DNA of 63,602 nt, counting the filler, from Rhabdomonas costata (Eukaryota), in NCBI GenBank assembly GCA_019059605.1. It is 31 parts of 31 records of this genome, joined end to end, with 100 filler letters (N's around TTAATTAATTAA, not from the genome) between each part and the next. Parts side by side here need not be neighbours in the genome. Positions count along the whole stretch, not along the records: positions 39,076 to 41,031 come from JAHMHO010007012.1; positions 41,132 to 43,087 come from JAHMHO010007013.1; positions 43,188 to 45,143 come from JAHMHO010007014.1; positions 45,244 to 47,172 come from JAHMHO010007015.1; positions 47,273 to 49,227 come from JAHMHO010007016.1; positions 49,328 to 51,284 come from JAHMHO010007017.1; positions 51,385 to 53,334 come from JAHMHO010007018.1; 24 more parts are not named here. One strand, written 5' to 3'. Below are positions 39,293 to 51,810 of the stretch, piece after piece. A program made the translations under genes and the position numbers. A model generated the notes under the pieces. That model did no database searches. It saw only the letters and a program-made list of their open reading frames with translations, and had not been told where the DNA came from. Every line of letters begins with the position of its first letter. Position 1 is the stretch's first letter.

Positions 39293-40939
39293 CATGTGAA
39301 GCAGGGAGACGATCAACGTGACGGCCAGCAGATAGGGGTTAGTCTTCACAAGCATCCGCCTCATGTCCTCGGATGGGGAGGCCCCGGGATCTACAACGGA
39401 ATGTTGGGTACAGAGAAGGACGTGGAATTCAACTCTTATTTTTCTCAGATTTCGCCCGCAGGGTTTCGTGTACTGGTGCGCTTCTGGTTTGGCCTGCCGA
39501 TTCTGAGCAAGAGCGGAGATGATGTGGCGACGTGCGCATTCCGCCAGACTACCTGTAATCTTTGGGTGCCACCCGCTCTGTTGCAAGAAGGCGGAGGTTT
39601 ATTCGCCGCAGCGTGTGTCGTGCTCTTACTGTTGCCATCCACAACGACCTAAAAACTCAGAGGATCTTCGGAGAATCACATTACACATGCCATTGTTCTC
39701 CCTGTGGATTTCTCCCTCCCCCCTACAGTGCCTTCCTGTCGTCCTGTCTCGTGGGTGCGGGTGCAGACCTGTCCTGTCCTGTAAATGTGGCCCTGTCATG
39801 TCTGTGTGGCGGCCTGAAAATCAGATATCACAAAAAGCGTGCCATTTGGTTTCGCACTGCATCAAGTCGCACATGGGCGTCGCCCATACGATCACCTTTA
39901 CCCCCACACCAACCACCAACCGCCACCTAAACGAGCCGAGCACCCACGGAAGGACGCAGACCAGAGCCCACTCCAGCCAACGGCATCATGTCCATCGTGT
40001 ACTCCATCTGCACCAGGAACTGCCACTTCCACAGGTCTACGGGGGCGTACGTGATCTGAAGGGACAGCGACTTGCCCTCCAGGGAGCGGTTGACCTCAAT
40101 CATGTCCTCCTACAAACGCAATCATTTCCAAGAAACACACAAGTAGTGAGGACGAACAGCCAAGTCATGATCTTCTTACAAGAAACACCTGATGTTCGGA
40201 ACCAGATACGCAGGGAAGTCAAGTTGCGGGACAGAAACCGGCCGAACGTGACACTTTACACAACTGTTATGCGAAGGGCTAATTTGCTGAGAACGTTCCC
40301 TGCTTTTCTTTGTGCTCTCCTCGCCTGCGCGCTTGAGGGACACAAAAAGCCATGTGGTGGCAAACTGCAGCAAACAGGGTCGAAGAAAAACGGTTTTTAT
40401 CAGTACAAAAACTCAAAGACAGACACACACACACACACAGTTTATTCTTTGTCTTGCCGGATGTGTGGAAAACACCCTCCCCCCCCCTCCCATGAAAAGT
40501 GCCTGTGAAACCCTTACTACATGGCCACGTTGACGCTGTGATTGTGTGACCATGCCTTCGTGTGACCGCCGGCTCCAGGGCGTGCGCGCGGGCGCAGGAA
40601 AAACATTTCGAAGAAAACGTGACCGTCTGGTCCACCCTATCAGCACTTGATGCTTCGTGTTAGAAAACTGAGGTGCCCACAGTGTCACTGACGCAGACCC
40701 ACAAACAGAAAAAGTAATTCTATTTTCGAAAAAGAAGAAGAAGAAGAAGAAGACTGCCGAAAACCGCGGCCTCCGTAAAAGTGTTTTTGCAGCATGGCCA
40801 CTCAGAAACGATGCCTTACCGGCAGCAGGCTGAACTCGTTCACATACAGCACGGGGGCCCACTGGCGAGACTTCCGGTCAAACTGGATCTGGTCCGCGAA
40901 GTGCGGAGGAAGCTGCGCCGGCGAGTACGTCGTCCAGTC
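39293..40939 (-). CDS. CLPTM1: CLPTM1-family membrane protein (lipid scramblase)
   Basis: Exons 40939-40820, 40109-39962 and 39390-39293: PVLYVNEF...EVN......L.L.I.Y.P..LWKWQ...MRRMLVKTNPYLLAVTLIVSLLHM. Confidence 0.92.
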
Positions 40940-41327
40940 CTGCACACCCCCACTCCCAACTTGACCGCCCCAAACACAAGCCAACCTGCCAACGTGCAGG
41001 GGGTGATTCTCTTCAAACCAAAACCAAGCATNNNNNNNNNNNNNNNNNNNNNNNNNNNNNNNNNNNNNNNNNNNNTTAATTAATTAANNNNNNNNNNNNN
41101 NNNNNNNNNNNNNNNNNNNNNNNNNNNNNNNGGGTTTGGGGTGAAAGCATCACGATTTCATCATCGGATGCACAAAGGTATAGCCGAAAGGATTTTCGGT
41201 GAACGGGCTTCACTTGGAGACCTAAAAGGGAAACCCATACACGCTCATGCAACCGTGGAAAAGGGTTTCAGAATGTCAGTTGGAGTTGGGAATCATAACT
41301 CAACCACGCGTTGCCGTGTGTCTCAGC

Positions 41328-41391
41328 AAGAGCGGTTTCGTGTTTTATAATCAAACATTAATTTTTGATTATAAAACACGAAACCGCTCTT
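41328..41391. repeat. Near-perfect inverted repeat (about 28-bp arms)
   Basis: AAGAGCGGTTTCGTGTTTTATAATCAAA ... TTTGATTATAAAACACGAAACCGCTCTT with a short loop. Confidence 0.9.
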
Positions 41392-41551
41392 TAATTATTG
41401 TTTGGACCTGTGTTTTTCTCCACTTTGTGCATTCCTTTCCATCTTTTCGATCATCTTCGCGCGTCCCTTCTCTGCTTCTCCTTGCTCACTGCAGCGGTGC
41501 CGCGCGGTTCTGCGTGCCGCGCGATTGTGTATTCCTCTGTACATTTTGCAG

Positions 41552-41681
41552 GGGGGAGCCGGCTCTACTCTGAGGGGGTGCTCCACGTGAAGGCCCGCCT
41601 GCAATGGGCTGAGGATCAGAAGTGGTTCGCGGACCGGAGCAAGGCAAAGGCTGAGAAGTGCACCTTCAACCCTGAGATAAG
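41552..41681 (+). CDS. Exon of an RLY...CTFxPxI-motif protein (protist cytoskeleton-associated type)
   Basis: Acceptor ttttgcag and donor gttcag bound GSRLYSEG...AEKCTFNPEI. Confidence 0.5.
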
Positions 41682-42630
41682 GTTCAGGCCTCCCTTCCCT
41701 AACACGCACACATACAGACACTCCGCCAGAAACAGCAGCAGCACATGCGCTTATCCCTTCACTCCGAAGCGCTCTGCACGGGCAGTTGTGTTTCATGTTC
41801 CAGATTCTTATTACAGTTCTTTCCTCCTCCTATCGCTGTTCTGGGGGTACTACCGGGGGAAGGCCTATCTTGCCTCTTCAGCCGGCCTCCAGAACCTCAC
41901 CGGTCGTCGTCCAAACTTTTTCCTTCGTATGCACACCACCTTCATATTCACACACATGTTCACGCACATTCATAACTCTGCCACGGAGCACCGCCGCCTG
42001 ACCCCTGGCTGTCAATCGATGGTAAGACAAACCTGGAGCAGGGAAAAGGGGGCAGGCAAGCGCTGGCTTCCCCCTTCTCTGGTGTGTTTCAAGGACGGTT
42101 TTTTGTTTGGCTGCAGGTGCGATTCTTTTTGTGACCCGTGCCAACCTCACATAGAAGGGATTGTCTAACGGTTTCCTACACTACAAGTGCACTCATGCGT
42201 AACAACCTACAGCGCGCTCTTAGCAGCTCATTCTTTATTGTCATCCCCACTTAATCCAGACCGTACTCTCGTGCCCCACGATGCAAAAAGGAGGCACCCA
42301 CTGGAATGCCTGCAAAATAGTTAGGGTTCTCGCAACGGCTCGGGAGGGGGGGGGGGTGCGTTAAAATGTTGAACATTGGAAGGGACCAAACTGAAACTAG
42401 GCTGGTGGGTTCCCTTGCATTGCTGCCTCTTCACCACTTCGGCTGAGTCTCCTCTACCTTGGGGGCTGCGTCGCTTGATTTCTGTTGGCTGCTACATCGC
42501 GGCCATGATTTCTTGGGGTGCTCGAGGAGGGCCGTGCGAGAGAAACCTTTTGCAGTTTTGTACAAATGCACTTCAAGCCACTGCCCTATCCCCTAAAAAC
42601 TACCCGCTTATAAAGTGTCCAGGCGGATTT

Positions 42631-42670
42631 TTAGTTACGGTTAGGGTTAGGGTTAACCAAACCCTTAAAA
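42631..42670 (+). repeat. Short interstitial TTAGGG-like tract
   Basis: TTAGTTACGGTTAGGGTTAGGGTTAACC, with only two perfect units. Confidence 0.5.
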
Positions 42671-43876
42671 CTACTATAGACCCCTGTAGGACCTGGCAGG
42701 CCAAAAAAAAGCCAACGAAAAAGGAAAAAGAGCGGCCGTTTTGTTAAATTTCACATAATCTGGACGGCACGGAAATTTTCCTAGCGATTTGATTTGGCCC
42801 TTTTTCCAAGATGGTTTCGATTGTTTCGGCAGTGAGTTCCATTTGGTATAAGTTTTTTTTTTAGATTTTGCGTTTCTTTTCGTTTTCTTCAGTTTTCTTC
42901 CTGTTGCGGGACTCCGCCTCCGAACAAGTTTTCAGGACCATCTTTTGCTTTGTTCGCAGCACGAAGTCTACACCCCAACCTGCCTTCCAGCTATCTACAA
43001 ACGAACCACTCCCTCTGTACAATCATTCATTCAGTCAAGGGGATAGGATACTTAAGCGGTTATTACAACCCCCCCTCCACACAAACCNNNNNNNNNNNNN
43101 NNNNNNNNNNNNNNNNNNNNNNNNNNNNNNNTTAATTAATTAANNNNNNNNNNNNNNNNNNNNNNNNNNNNNNNNNNNNNNNNNNNNGTGGTTGGGGTGG
43201 GCGATGCTCAAACGTTTAGCGGTGCTAAACGACGGAATTGGACATTTTTTGGATTTTATTTTTAGAACACGGGGGTTAGGTAAACACTGTCAATAACCTC
43301 TCAATGCATTTACTTTGGGGTAAGGATGCTGTTTTTCTGTCCCCTAGACAGACTACTTCCACTTAAAAGGGGTTAGAAAATTTACGACCATTTGGCAGTG
43401 CAAGACGAAAAGCTCCCCCCCGCAAAAAAAATGCACGAGGCCCGGCATGAGCTTCCCATACTTCTTCTCTTGAGACCACAGGATACTGTTGCCGCTTCTT
43501 GTGCCGCCGCCATTTACAGGGCACGAGATCACGGCCGTTTTGAAGGTATATGGACAAGCATCCACGAGATCCACCGTTTCTGGAGTGCCCAATGTCGAGT
43601 GTCCTTCGTTAATCTTTGGTATGCATCCAAAATCTGGGAATTTCCAGCCGCTGCTTTTCGTCACTAGACCAATCCGGTTTCGTCGTGAAAGCTCGGAACA
43701 CACAAAAGCATAAATGTTTCCCAGCGACACACACAAATGACTGATGACAAAAAAACGACTGTCGCTCAGGAACTCCGTCCCAAAGATACGCATTTTTTGA
43801 AGTGACTCCAAATCTACAGATCACTTGGTCGTCCCTGCTTGCACTGCAGCCGCAGCCGTTATGTGCAAATGGAAAC

Positions 43877-45058
43877 CTCAGCAGGGCAAGAGATGGCGGC
43901 CGCGGCGGCGCCGGAGGCCAGCCCGACGACCAGCCTGGACAGCAAATCTGTGGGGCGGTACTTCGCCATGATGTCTCGGAACACCTCGAAGAGCCCAAAC
44001 CGGCTGGTGGCGTAGAAGATCTGCCGGGTAATCCCCGCGCTCAGCCCTGTGTGCGCCATATTCAGAGCAATGAGGTGGCGTTGAACCTTAACGGGGCTGG
44101 GAGTAGCAACCGTCAGTACTGGTTGCGGTTCTTTGAGCGAATGGGCGAATGGGCGGTAACCAATGGGGACTTGGCGAATGGGCATTCTGGGACCCCCCCC
44201 CCAAGTTTACGGACCTCACAGGGTGCACGTCTCGTCCACTTATCAGGGCATTATAGAAGACCTCGTAGGGGATTACGTGGCGATTCACGTCTCCTCTAGG
44301 AGAAGACAGAAAGTCTCGCAGGGGGTTAGATTGCCCCTAGATGCCGCGCGATATATCCTCAATACCTCAATACCGTGGGACCCAAAAGCGCACCGTAACG
44401 GGGCCCTAACTGTTCTTCGAGGAGAGCGGGTTCGCTTAGTTTCAGAATCTGATCGCAGATCCCCCACACCTGCTACACGCCCGAACACAGTCCGCTCCGG
44501 TCCCGTGGTCCCAGCGCAACCGCAAAACTAGTTGGGGTGGTGGTGGTGGTGATGCTAACCACATCAACCACTGGTAATACAAAGACCTTTCGCCAGTCAC
44601 CGTGACAACTATCGTCGGAAGCCGGCCAAAGACCCAAGAGGCCAGCACTTAGCCCAGCAGTTATTCGGGACGCTGTATTCTCACCTAAACCCCTTTAACC
44701 CCTTTACCTAGAACAACCACTGTGAGAATGCAATATGCATAACCTGATTCAGCTTTTCTGTGCACCCTCAGTTCAGGTGCTGTGGCATTCTTCCCCCCTC
44801 GGTACAACAGCCCCCCCACAAATCTCATTCAGATCGGCCGCCACGCGTACCCACACCGGCATCACTCACAGAAGAACATGCTCATCGGGATGATGATTGT
44901 TGGTGGGTAGATGGTGGAGGTCGAGGTGTGTGTGTGGTACCGTTGTAGAGGGCCAGCACGCCCTCCTTCTGCACCACGGACTTCGTGAACTTCCCAAAAG
45001 AGATCCCCTTCAGAGGGCTGTCCGGGCTCATGTTCACCAGGTTCATCCGCACAGCGAC
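43877..45058 (-). CDS. Mitochondrial carrier, oxoglutarate/malate or dicarboxylate-tricarboxylate type (SLC25)
   Basis: Exons 45058-44941 and 44046-43877: VRM...EGVLALYNG|LSAGITRQIFYATSRFGLFE...GAAAAAISCPAE. Confidence 0.92.
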
Positions 45059-45883
45059 CTGCGCACGACGACGAAGAACATTACCGAACAAAAAAACAGC
45101 TACCCACAAGTCTCAACACAAACAACCCACACACACCCACCACNNNNNNNNNNNNNNNNNNNNNNNNNNNNNNNNNNNNNNNNNNNNTTAATTAATTAAN
45201 NNNNNNNNNNNNNNNNNNNNNNNNNNNNNNNNNNNNNNNNNNNGTTTTGGTGTTGTGAATTCGCGAGTGGAAGAAATGCTTTTACCCATCACAATTTTAC
45301 ATATTTTGTAATTCGTACTTTTTTCAGCAGAGAAATGAGCATTCTTTTAGGCCTGGTCCCACTACTTTGTGCGTCCTGTCTGCCACTCTATTTCCCCTCC
45401 CATTTTATCTTATCAATAGTTACCCAGTTTTAGTTTCCTATCGTCCTCACTTCCATCTGCATCACCTGTGGATTCCCGGTTGTTCTGCACTCCCTCCCTC
45501 CCTACTCATCCACACCTTTCACATGTTTAGTTCGGCTATGTCTCCGCCAAATGGCCGCCTTCAACGAACAGCCAGGGAAGCCAGGAAGAAATCGAAGCCT
45601 CACAAATTATCCGTTGAACAGCCCACTTGTAGTCCTACTGATACCTTTCAGGGATTGATTTAGTACTTGGATCCCCATGCAGACGAAATGAGGGATAGGC
45701 GATAACCCAATCAATCGAGAGGCAAGGATAATGTCGGAGTGCCTCCTTCCTCAATGATTCCACGAGCTTGCGATGATCTGACGTACTCCGTTCTGACGTT
45801 GTTGTCTTTTCGTTTAATTATCCGGCTTTGCATGTTTTTTCCGTTGTGTCCAGAGCAGTGGGAAGGGCGTGCTCCACTTGGAG

Positions 45884-46146
45884 GTCTTCGCGGTAGACTT
45901 TGGGCCCCCTCCGCAAGGCGCAGAGGCCCACTGGCGACGCCCCGAGGGGGTCACCGGGGGCCGCCTGCTGCTGCGCATCCGCGCAGCCACCCACAAGCCT
46001 ACGTGCAAGGCCCACACCACCTCCGCAGAGCTGTGCGTCGCGGTGGACGGCCCGTGCGAGAGCGTGCGGACCTCCGCGAAGAGCACGTTGGACCTCCGGG
46101 ACGCCCGGGAGTTCCGCTGGGAGAAGGACTTCCTTCTCCATGTGAA
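45884..46146 (+). CDS. Exon with a possible C2-like domain
   Basis: GC-rich coding-like stretch GRLLLRIRAA...CVAVDG...RT........FRWEKDFLLHV, ending at donor gtacgt. The start is approximate. Confidence 0.35.
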
Positions 46147-46849
46147 GTACGTGCGCCTGGGTGGTTTTCTTGTAATTACGTTGTGACACGGATAAACAAG
46201 GGGATGCCCATGCAGGCGCGACCAATTCCGTTTTTGCTACACTGCCCGCTCAAACGGGGTGTCCAACAGCAGCAGCGGCACACCGTACACAATACTTTTT
46301 GGTGGGCTTTCTCTCGGCTGCGTCGGGCAACAAGTGGTGCAAACGGATACGGAAGACGTACAGTAGGCTCCCCGAAACGCTGCGTGGACCGTCTTGGGGT
46401 CAGCTGTTTCTGACCCCTCACCCTCAATCAGTGCTCCCTGTGTGCATCTACTTGTGCTTGGGAGTTCGTTTGCTGACTACCTTTTTCCTTTACCTCTTCG
46501 ATTTGCCTTATTTGCTGGTGCGTGGTTCACCTTCCATTTCTTTGCAGAGCACTGCGGTTGTGTTTGGGATGCACTTTTTCAACGATCTTGGAAACCAAAC
46601 CAAGCTCTTGGGGTGCGTTTGAGTGATTGAGTGGTTTCCTTTTTCTCAGACAGCTTTCACACCACCCAAGAAAAGGCAGAACAGCAGCAAAGCTTCATAA
46701 GACTACTTTTGGGAATTTGGAAAATGGTTGGATAGGTTCTCGTTCCCCGGGGTTGATCCCTTATGGTTGTGATTGACCTCTCGTGGTGTCTATTTCGATC
46801 AGATCTCGGCCTTTCGTTGCCATTTCTCCCCAAGGATTTGGTAGTATAC

Positions 46850-47172
46850 TTCCCGCGCCTGGCTCTGGCTCCTGTTTTGGCGGGTCATCTGCGGTCGTGC
46901 CTGGAGACCTCCGGCTCTTTGCAGCGTCTCCTCAAGCATTTGTTCTGCGAACAGTGGAGCAGTCAGGAGGATTGGATGGAGGAAGTCCATCCTTCACTGA
47001 TCAGTGCTTGGTCGTCTCAGGTTTCGGACAGGCTGGTTCGTCTGCGGGACCTCTTCAGCGCGCCTCACAAAGGAGCGTCTCTCACACTTCTCCCGAACCC
47101 CGAGGAGGGACGCCCCTTTCTTCCCTTAGGGGAGTGCCAGCTGATTCTTAAATGGACACTAGGCCTCCCGCT
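46850..47172 (+). mobile_element. Non-LTR retrotransposon C-terminal fragment (CRE-like)
   Basis: RLRDLFSAPHKGASLTLLP......L...E..L.LKWTLGLP resembles the post-RT AGxWLxxxP...RLGLP region of CRE-type elements. Confidence 0.5.
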
Positions 47173-47899
47173 NNNNNNNNNNNNNNNNNNNNNNNNNNNN
47201 NNNNNNNNNNNNNNNNTTAATTAATTAANNNNNNNNNNNNNNNNNNNNNNNNNNNNNNNNNNNNNNNNNNNNGGGTGTTGGGTGTTTACCATGGTGCTAT
47301 TTGCTAGCTGGTGGAGGTGTTCTGCCATGATCCCAGACGGTCCGGGTGCGGTGCCCGGGACGAGTCAGTGTATCAGCTTGTCTGCATCGTCACCAGTGAT
47401 TTTGCAGCTTACTGGTGTAGGTAGCTATGGGCTCCTCCATTTTGTGGAAAATGGCCTGGATATTGTCCAGATGCTTCAATCCTTCCAACCCACTGACCCT
47501 AAATACCCACCCGGTATTCCACCGCCCAGCGCATACCCACCCAACATCCCACCTTACTAGGCCAACAGGCACACAAACAAAAGATACCCCTACGCAGAAA
47601 TCCACCACAAAAAGATCAAAGCTAGAAAATACGCCTCTTGAACCCCATATTCCGGACCAAAAACGCCTAACGTGACACCGAATGCGGAAATCCCAGAGAT
47701 GTCCCTTGCGTCATAACCCCACCCAAATGCCAACCTACCGCTACTACCCGTTGACCTCGCCACGCCTCCGTCCGCCAGCAAATGACACCCAAAGAAGAAA
47801 GAAATTCGATCCATGAATCTACGCGTAAATCCCACGCCAAGTGGATTTATGAGCCTCACATCAAAGGAGAGAGAAAAGTCTCGCTTGCCTGTCGTCGTT

Positions 47900-49227
47900 C
47901 TCCTTCTGGATCCTTATGAAAACAAACTTGGACAAAACTATCCTCTCGAACCGCGCTCGTTGGAATGCTCCACTGCCCCCACCTCTTGATCTCATCCGCT
48001 GTCTTCTGCCTCTTGGTCCCAACTTCTCTTGTATCCAGGCGTTCCCCCTCTGCACTCGTTCTTGCTTGCATACTTCGCTTCCCATCATTCATCACATTGC
48101 ATCTCTTTTCTCTTCTGTACTGCTCATCTTCTATGGCCACACCTACATGAAGTCTCTCTCTATTGGTCCACCTACGCGATCTCGGCCGTGACACAGCCAC
48201 GTGCTTTTAATGAAGAGAACAAACGGTTCTTCGACGACCAATTCCTTTTCACGTCCCCGCTCTCGTGCTGTAACCGTCTACGTGGTCGTACCTCCGCTCT
48301 TCTCTCCGGTGAAACCCAGTGACTCCTGTCTGCGGTTTCTTCCACCACACAATGCGCACTTTCCTGTTTTTGCTCTTTATCTTCCTTCATAAACCTCAGC
48401 ATGCGAGCAGCATGCAAACAGCGGTACATGCTCTGCGTCATCCAGCGCATACACCGCAACGCACACGACATTCAAAGCGCTACAGTAGACCACTACTTGT
48501 CCAACTCATCGCGCAATGCTGATCCTGGGTTCTCACTCTTACTATTACGTCTTATCCACAGTGCTCCAACCGCTTATTCGTAACACCAAATCTGAAATGA
48601 GAAGGATTGATAGCTTAATATTCTCTTGCAAAGCCGCGCTCAGCTTCACTCTTCCACTCTTTTCGGTCACCCCACACTAAAAGCTTGAGTAGTTAGTCAG
48701 CAGTAACACTTACCCACGCTTAATCAGCACGCACAAACAGACACTTTCGCATCCACACGTCCACAATACCCAAATCTCCACCGCATAAATCTTTCTCTGA
48801 GATGAGGAACTCCTATTGGAATACTCTGCTTTGCCATAAACTCCTGAAAAAGAAACAATAAATAAATGAATCTCCAGATCACTTTCATGAAATGAAGTGA
48901 AATGAACTCTGAATATCATTCTTCTGCACAGCAACACTCTCAGGCTCCGTAAGTTCCCAAAGCAAACTTCCTCAAGCTCCATTTTACAGCGCCTCTTTTT
49001 ACACCACCACTCTCAACTTATAAAAACAATGTAAGCCACATTGGCGGGGTCTCATGTCACCCTTCTTTGACTAATAGAGCTTACTTCCTCTCACAATTTA
49101 CTCCCAGAGGAAACCAAGGTGAGTCCATCCAACTTGGAGTAACTAGCAACACTTGCGCTTTATCTCTGCAAATCTTCATCATCACCAACGGGATTAAACT
49201 CCACGGAAGATTTGCGTACAACCCACC
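47900..49227 (-). mobile_element. Degenerate DIRS-type (tyrosine recombinase) retrotransposon
   Basis: 49218-49105 reads YANLPWSLIPLVMMKICRDKAQVLLVTPSWMDSPWFPL, matching the DIRS methyltransferase-like motif YAFPPxxLIxxVLxKI......LxxPxWxxxxWFP. Downstream is a decayed YR-like EIKRWGQWS. Confidence 0.65.
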
Positions 49228-51810
49228 NNNNNNNNNNNNNNNNNNNNNNNNNNNNNNNNNNNNNNNNNNNNTTAATTAATTAANNNNNNNNNNNNNNNNN
49301 NNNNNNNNNNNNNNNNNNNNNNNNNNNGTGTTGTGTGTTTGGTTGGGGGGGGTAGGACCACTTACTTTGGCCCCAAACCTCGCCAATCGCTTCACATCCG
49401 CCGTGGAGACCTAACATCGACCTCATAGCTCCAGCTAGAGTGACGAGTCGGCCTGAGATGGTTGGCCGCTTCCCGGCCTCGGACTCCTTCTCAACGCCGA
49501 GATGTGGCCCCTTCAAGGTTCCATTTTGGCCCTTTTAAGGGCACTTTTGACGTAAAAAATTTCAAGGGCCTGGGGTGCTTTTTTATAAACCTTTTCAGGC
49601 CTGCATAATGAGCCTAAGCTTTCGGCCGGGCCTGCTTAGTACCTTTACACAGGCTTGAAAGGACCATTTGTTTTGGCACTGGCTTTACATCGGGCTTTGG
49701 CTTTGGCTTTGATAAGAGAAAGAACTGTAGGCTGGCACACCATCCGCCCACCTGCACGCCGGTGTACCAGCAATTATTTACGTTTTTGTCGATGCTTGGG
49801 AGAACCTGAAATGTACTTGCCCTTATCCCTCCGTCGGTTGTTTTGTTTCAGCCTTGTAGGGTTTTCTATATTTGGCTTGGGTTTCCGAAGGGTTTGCACC
49901 TGTATGCCTCGGCTTGTTGAATCTTTTCAGCAGTGGGGATGCCCACCATAAAACCGCCCATGCGACCCAAGCAACCTGCAAATCTTGCATCCTGCAGAAT
50001 TGGACGACCGGGCTTTTGAGTTGCTGATGTCATTTGTCTTCGGATCCGCCTCAAAGTACTTCTGGAACATGTGCTTCCGCTCCGTTGCCCTTGACCCCAC
50101 ACCCACCTCGGGTAGGGTCATAGGGTACCTCTCGGAATTTCAATGGAAGAAGGGGGAGGGGGGATGCAAGAAGGACTTACAACGACTTTCCTAATTTTTT
50201 ATGTGGGGCAAAATTACGGCACAGCACAGGCACACAGGAGTTTTTGTAATGGCTGGGGTGCAGCACCAAACAAACAATTTACGCAAGAGAGATCCTGATT
50301 TCATTATTGTCGTTCTTGGAACGCATGTAGCACATCCCTCCCTTGCTCTCTGCACAACGTTTTGTGCTCCTTTTTGTTATGGCGCCCTTCACATTTGCAC
50401 AGCTTTGATTCTCAACTTGTTGCTTCATTGCGTTTTTTACCTCTCCCCCACCCCGTCATTTTGTGCCTTTTTTTTTCTATATTTTTACTCACATTTGGGT
50501 GTGAAGTTTCCGGACTTTTCGAAACGAGGGCAAGGCCGTAAAGAGAGACCCCCCCTTTTTTTTGCAATGGCGGATCAGTTGAGGTTCCCTGCCAGTGGAA
50601 AGTTCCCCACGGAGGTTTCTTCACCACTGCTCTCCTTTACCTCTTGACCGCCGTATGTTCGTGAGCGGAAACGGCCTCTGTTTGTGTGGGTGTGCCTTGG
50701 CATTGGACACCATGCACAGAGTGTCAGTTCATGTTTCTTCTCCTTTTTGCATCACAAACCTTCACGTCACCCGTTCCCGCGCAGCGCCGTCTTTCGATCC
50801 CCTTTGTTGAACACCGGGGTTTCTTGTCGGTCCCTCTCGTAGAAAATAAACGGGACGGAGCAGGAGGGAAGGATTGCAGAATTGCAGCCCTTCAGGTGCG
50901 TCCTCACCTCTTGCTGCTGTGTTGTATTCGTCGGTATGTAGGCTTCCTCATGCCCAAAGCGCAGCTCCAGAGACCATGTCAACATCCACGACCCGGACGA
51001 TCATCACGAGCCGCCAGTGCTCGGCCTTCGAAGGTACGCGCTGCGCATTGAATCCTATTTCGAGCTTTTTAGTTCAGCGGACGGCGTTTAACCTAATGGC
51101 AGCAGATGTGAATATGTGCATCCGCGCTGTGAAGTGGTTTTTTGTCCTTGCCAGTGTTGTGGTGTGTTGTCTTGTTCGTTGTTCGGGTTTCCCGTCCTCA
51201 GCTATTCCACGAGCTCCGCGGAGCTGGTATTCCTACCCGCCAGCTGCTTTGCAAACGACGTTCCGGGAAGCGCCCCCACCCACCNNNNNNNNNNNNNNNN
51301 NNNNNNNNNNNNNNNNNNNNNNNNNNNNTTAATTAATTAANNNNNNNNNNNNNNNNNNNNNNNNNNNNNNNNNNNNNNNNNNNNGGTGGTGGGGGTAATG
51401 CTTTCTTTGCAAACCCCCGCACCAAAATGGGTCGGCTTCAAACAGGTGTATTGTGCATTTGTCGTCGCACAGTGCGTGAGAACTGCATCAGAACAACGTG
51501 CAAGACAACCACAACAAAGAATCAGGGCCATGGCCAGGCTTAAGCCCTCCCAACATGAAACTCAAGGAAATAATTGACAAATGAATCTGTATGGAAGCCG
51601 AAAGTTCCACAGGGATCGCCGCTGGATCAAAACAGTTCAGCGTGCACAAGGTCGTAAAGGGAAACCCTGCAATGAACCACCCCGAATGGAAGTCATCCTA
51701 GCGGTATTGCCGTTTTGTCTCTTCATGCCGTGAGCAGGGGCCTCCGATGTAAAACCAACGGGATAGGCTTCCATCCGAATGAAGGGAATGACCTGCAACT
51801 CCGACACCGG

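Noticed and set aside
39519-40508. 329-aa plus-strand ORF
   Set aside because: It is the antisense shadow of CLPTM1 exons and introns and has no recognisable domain.
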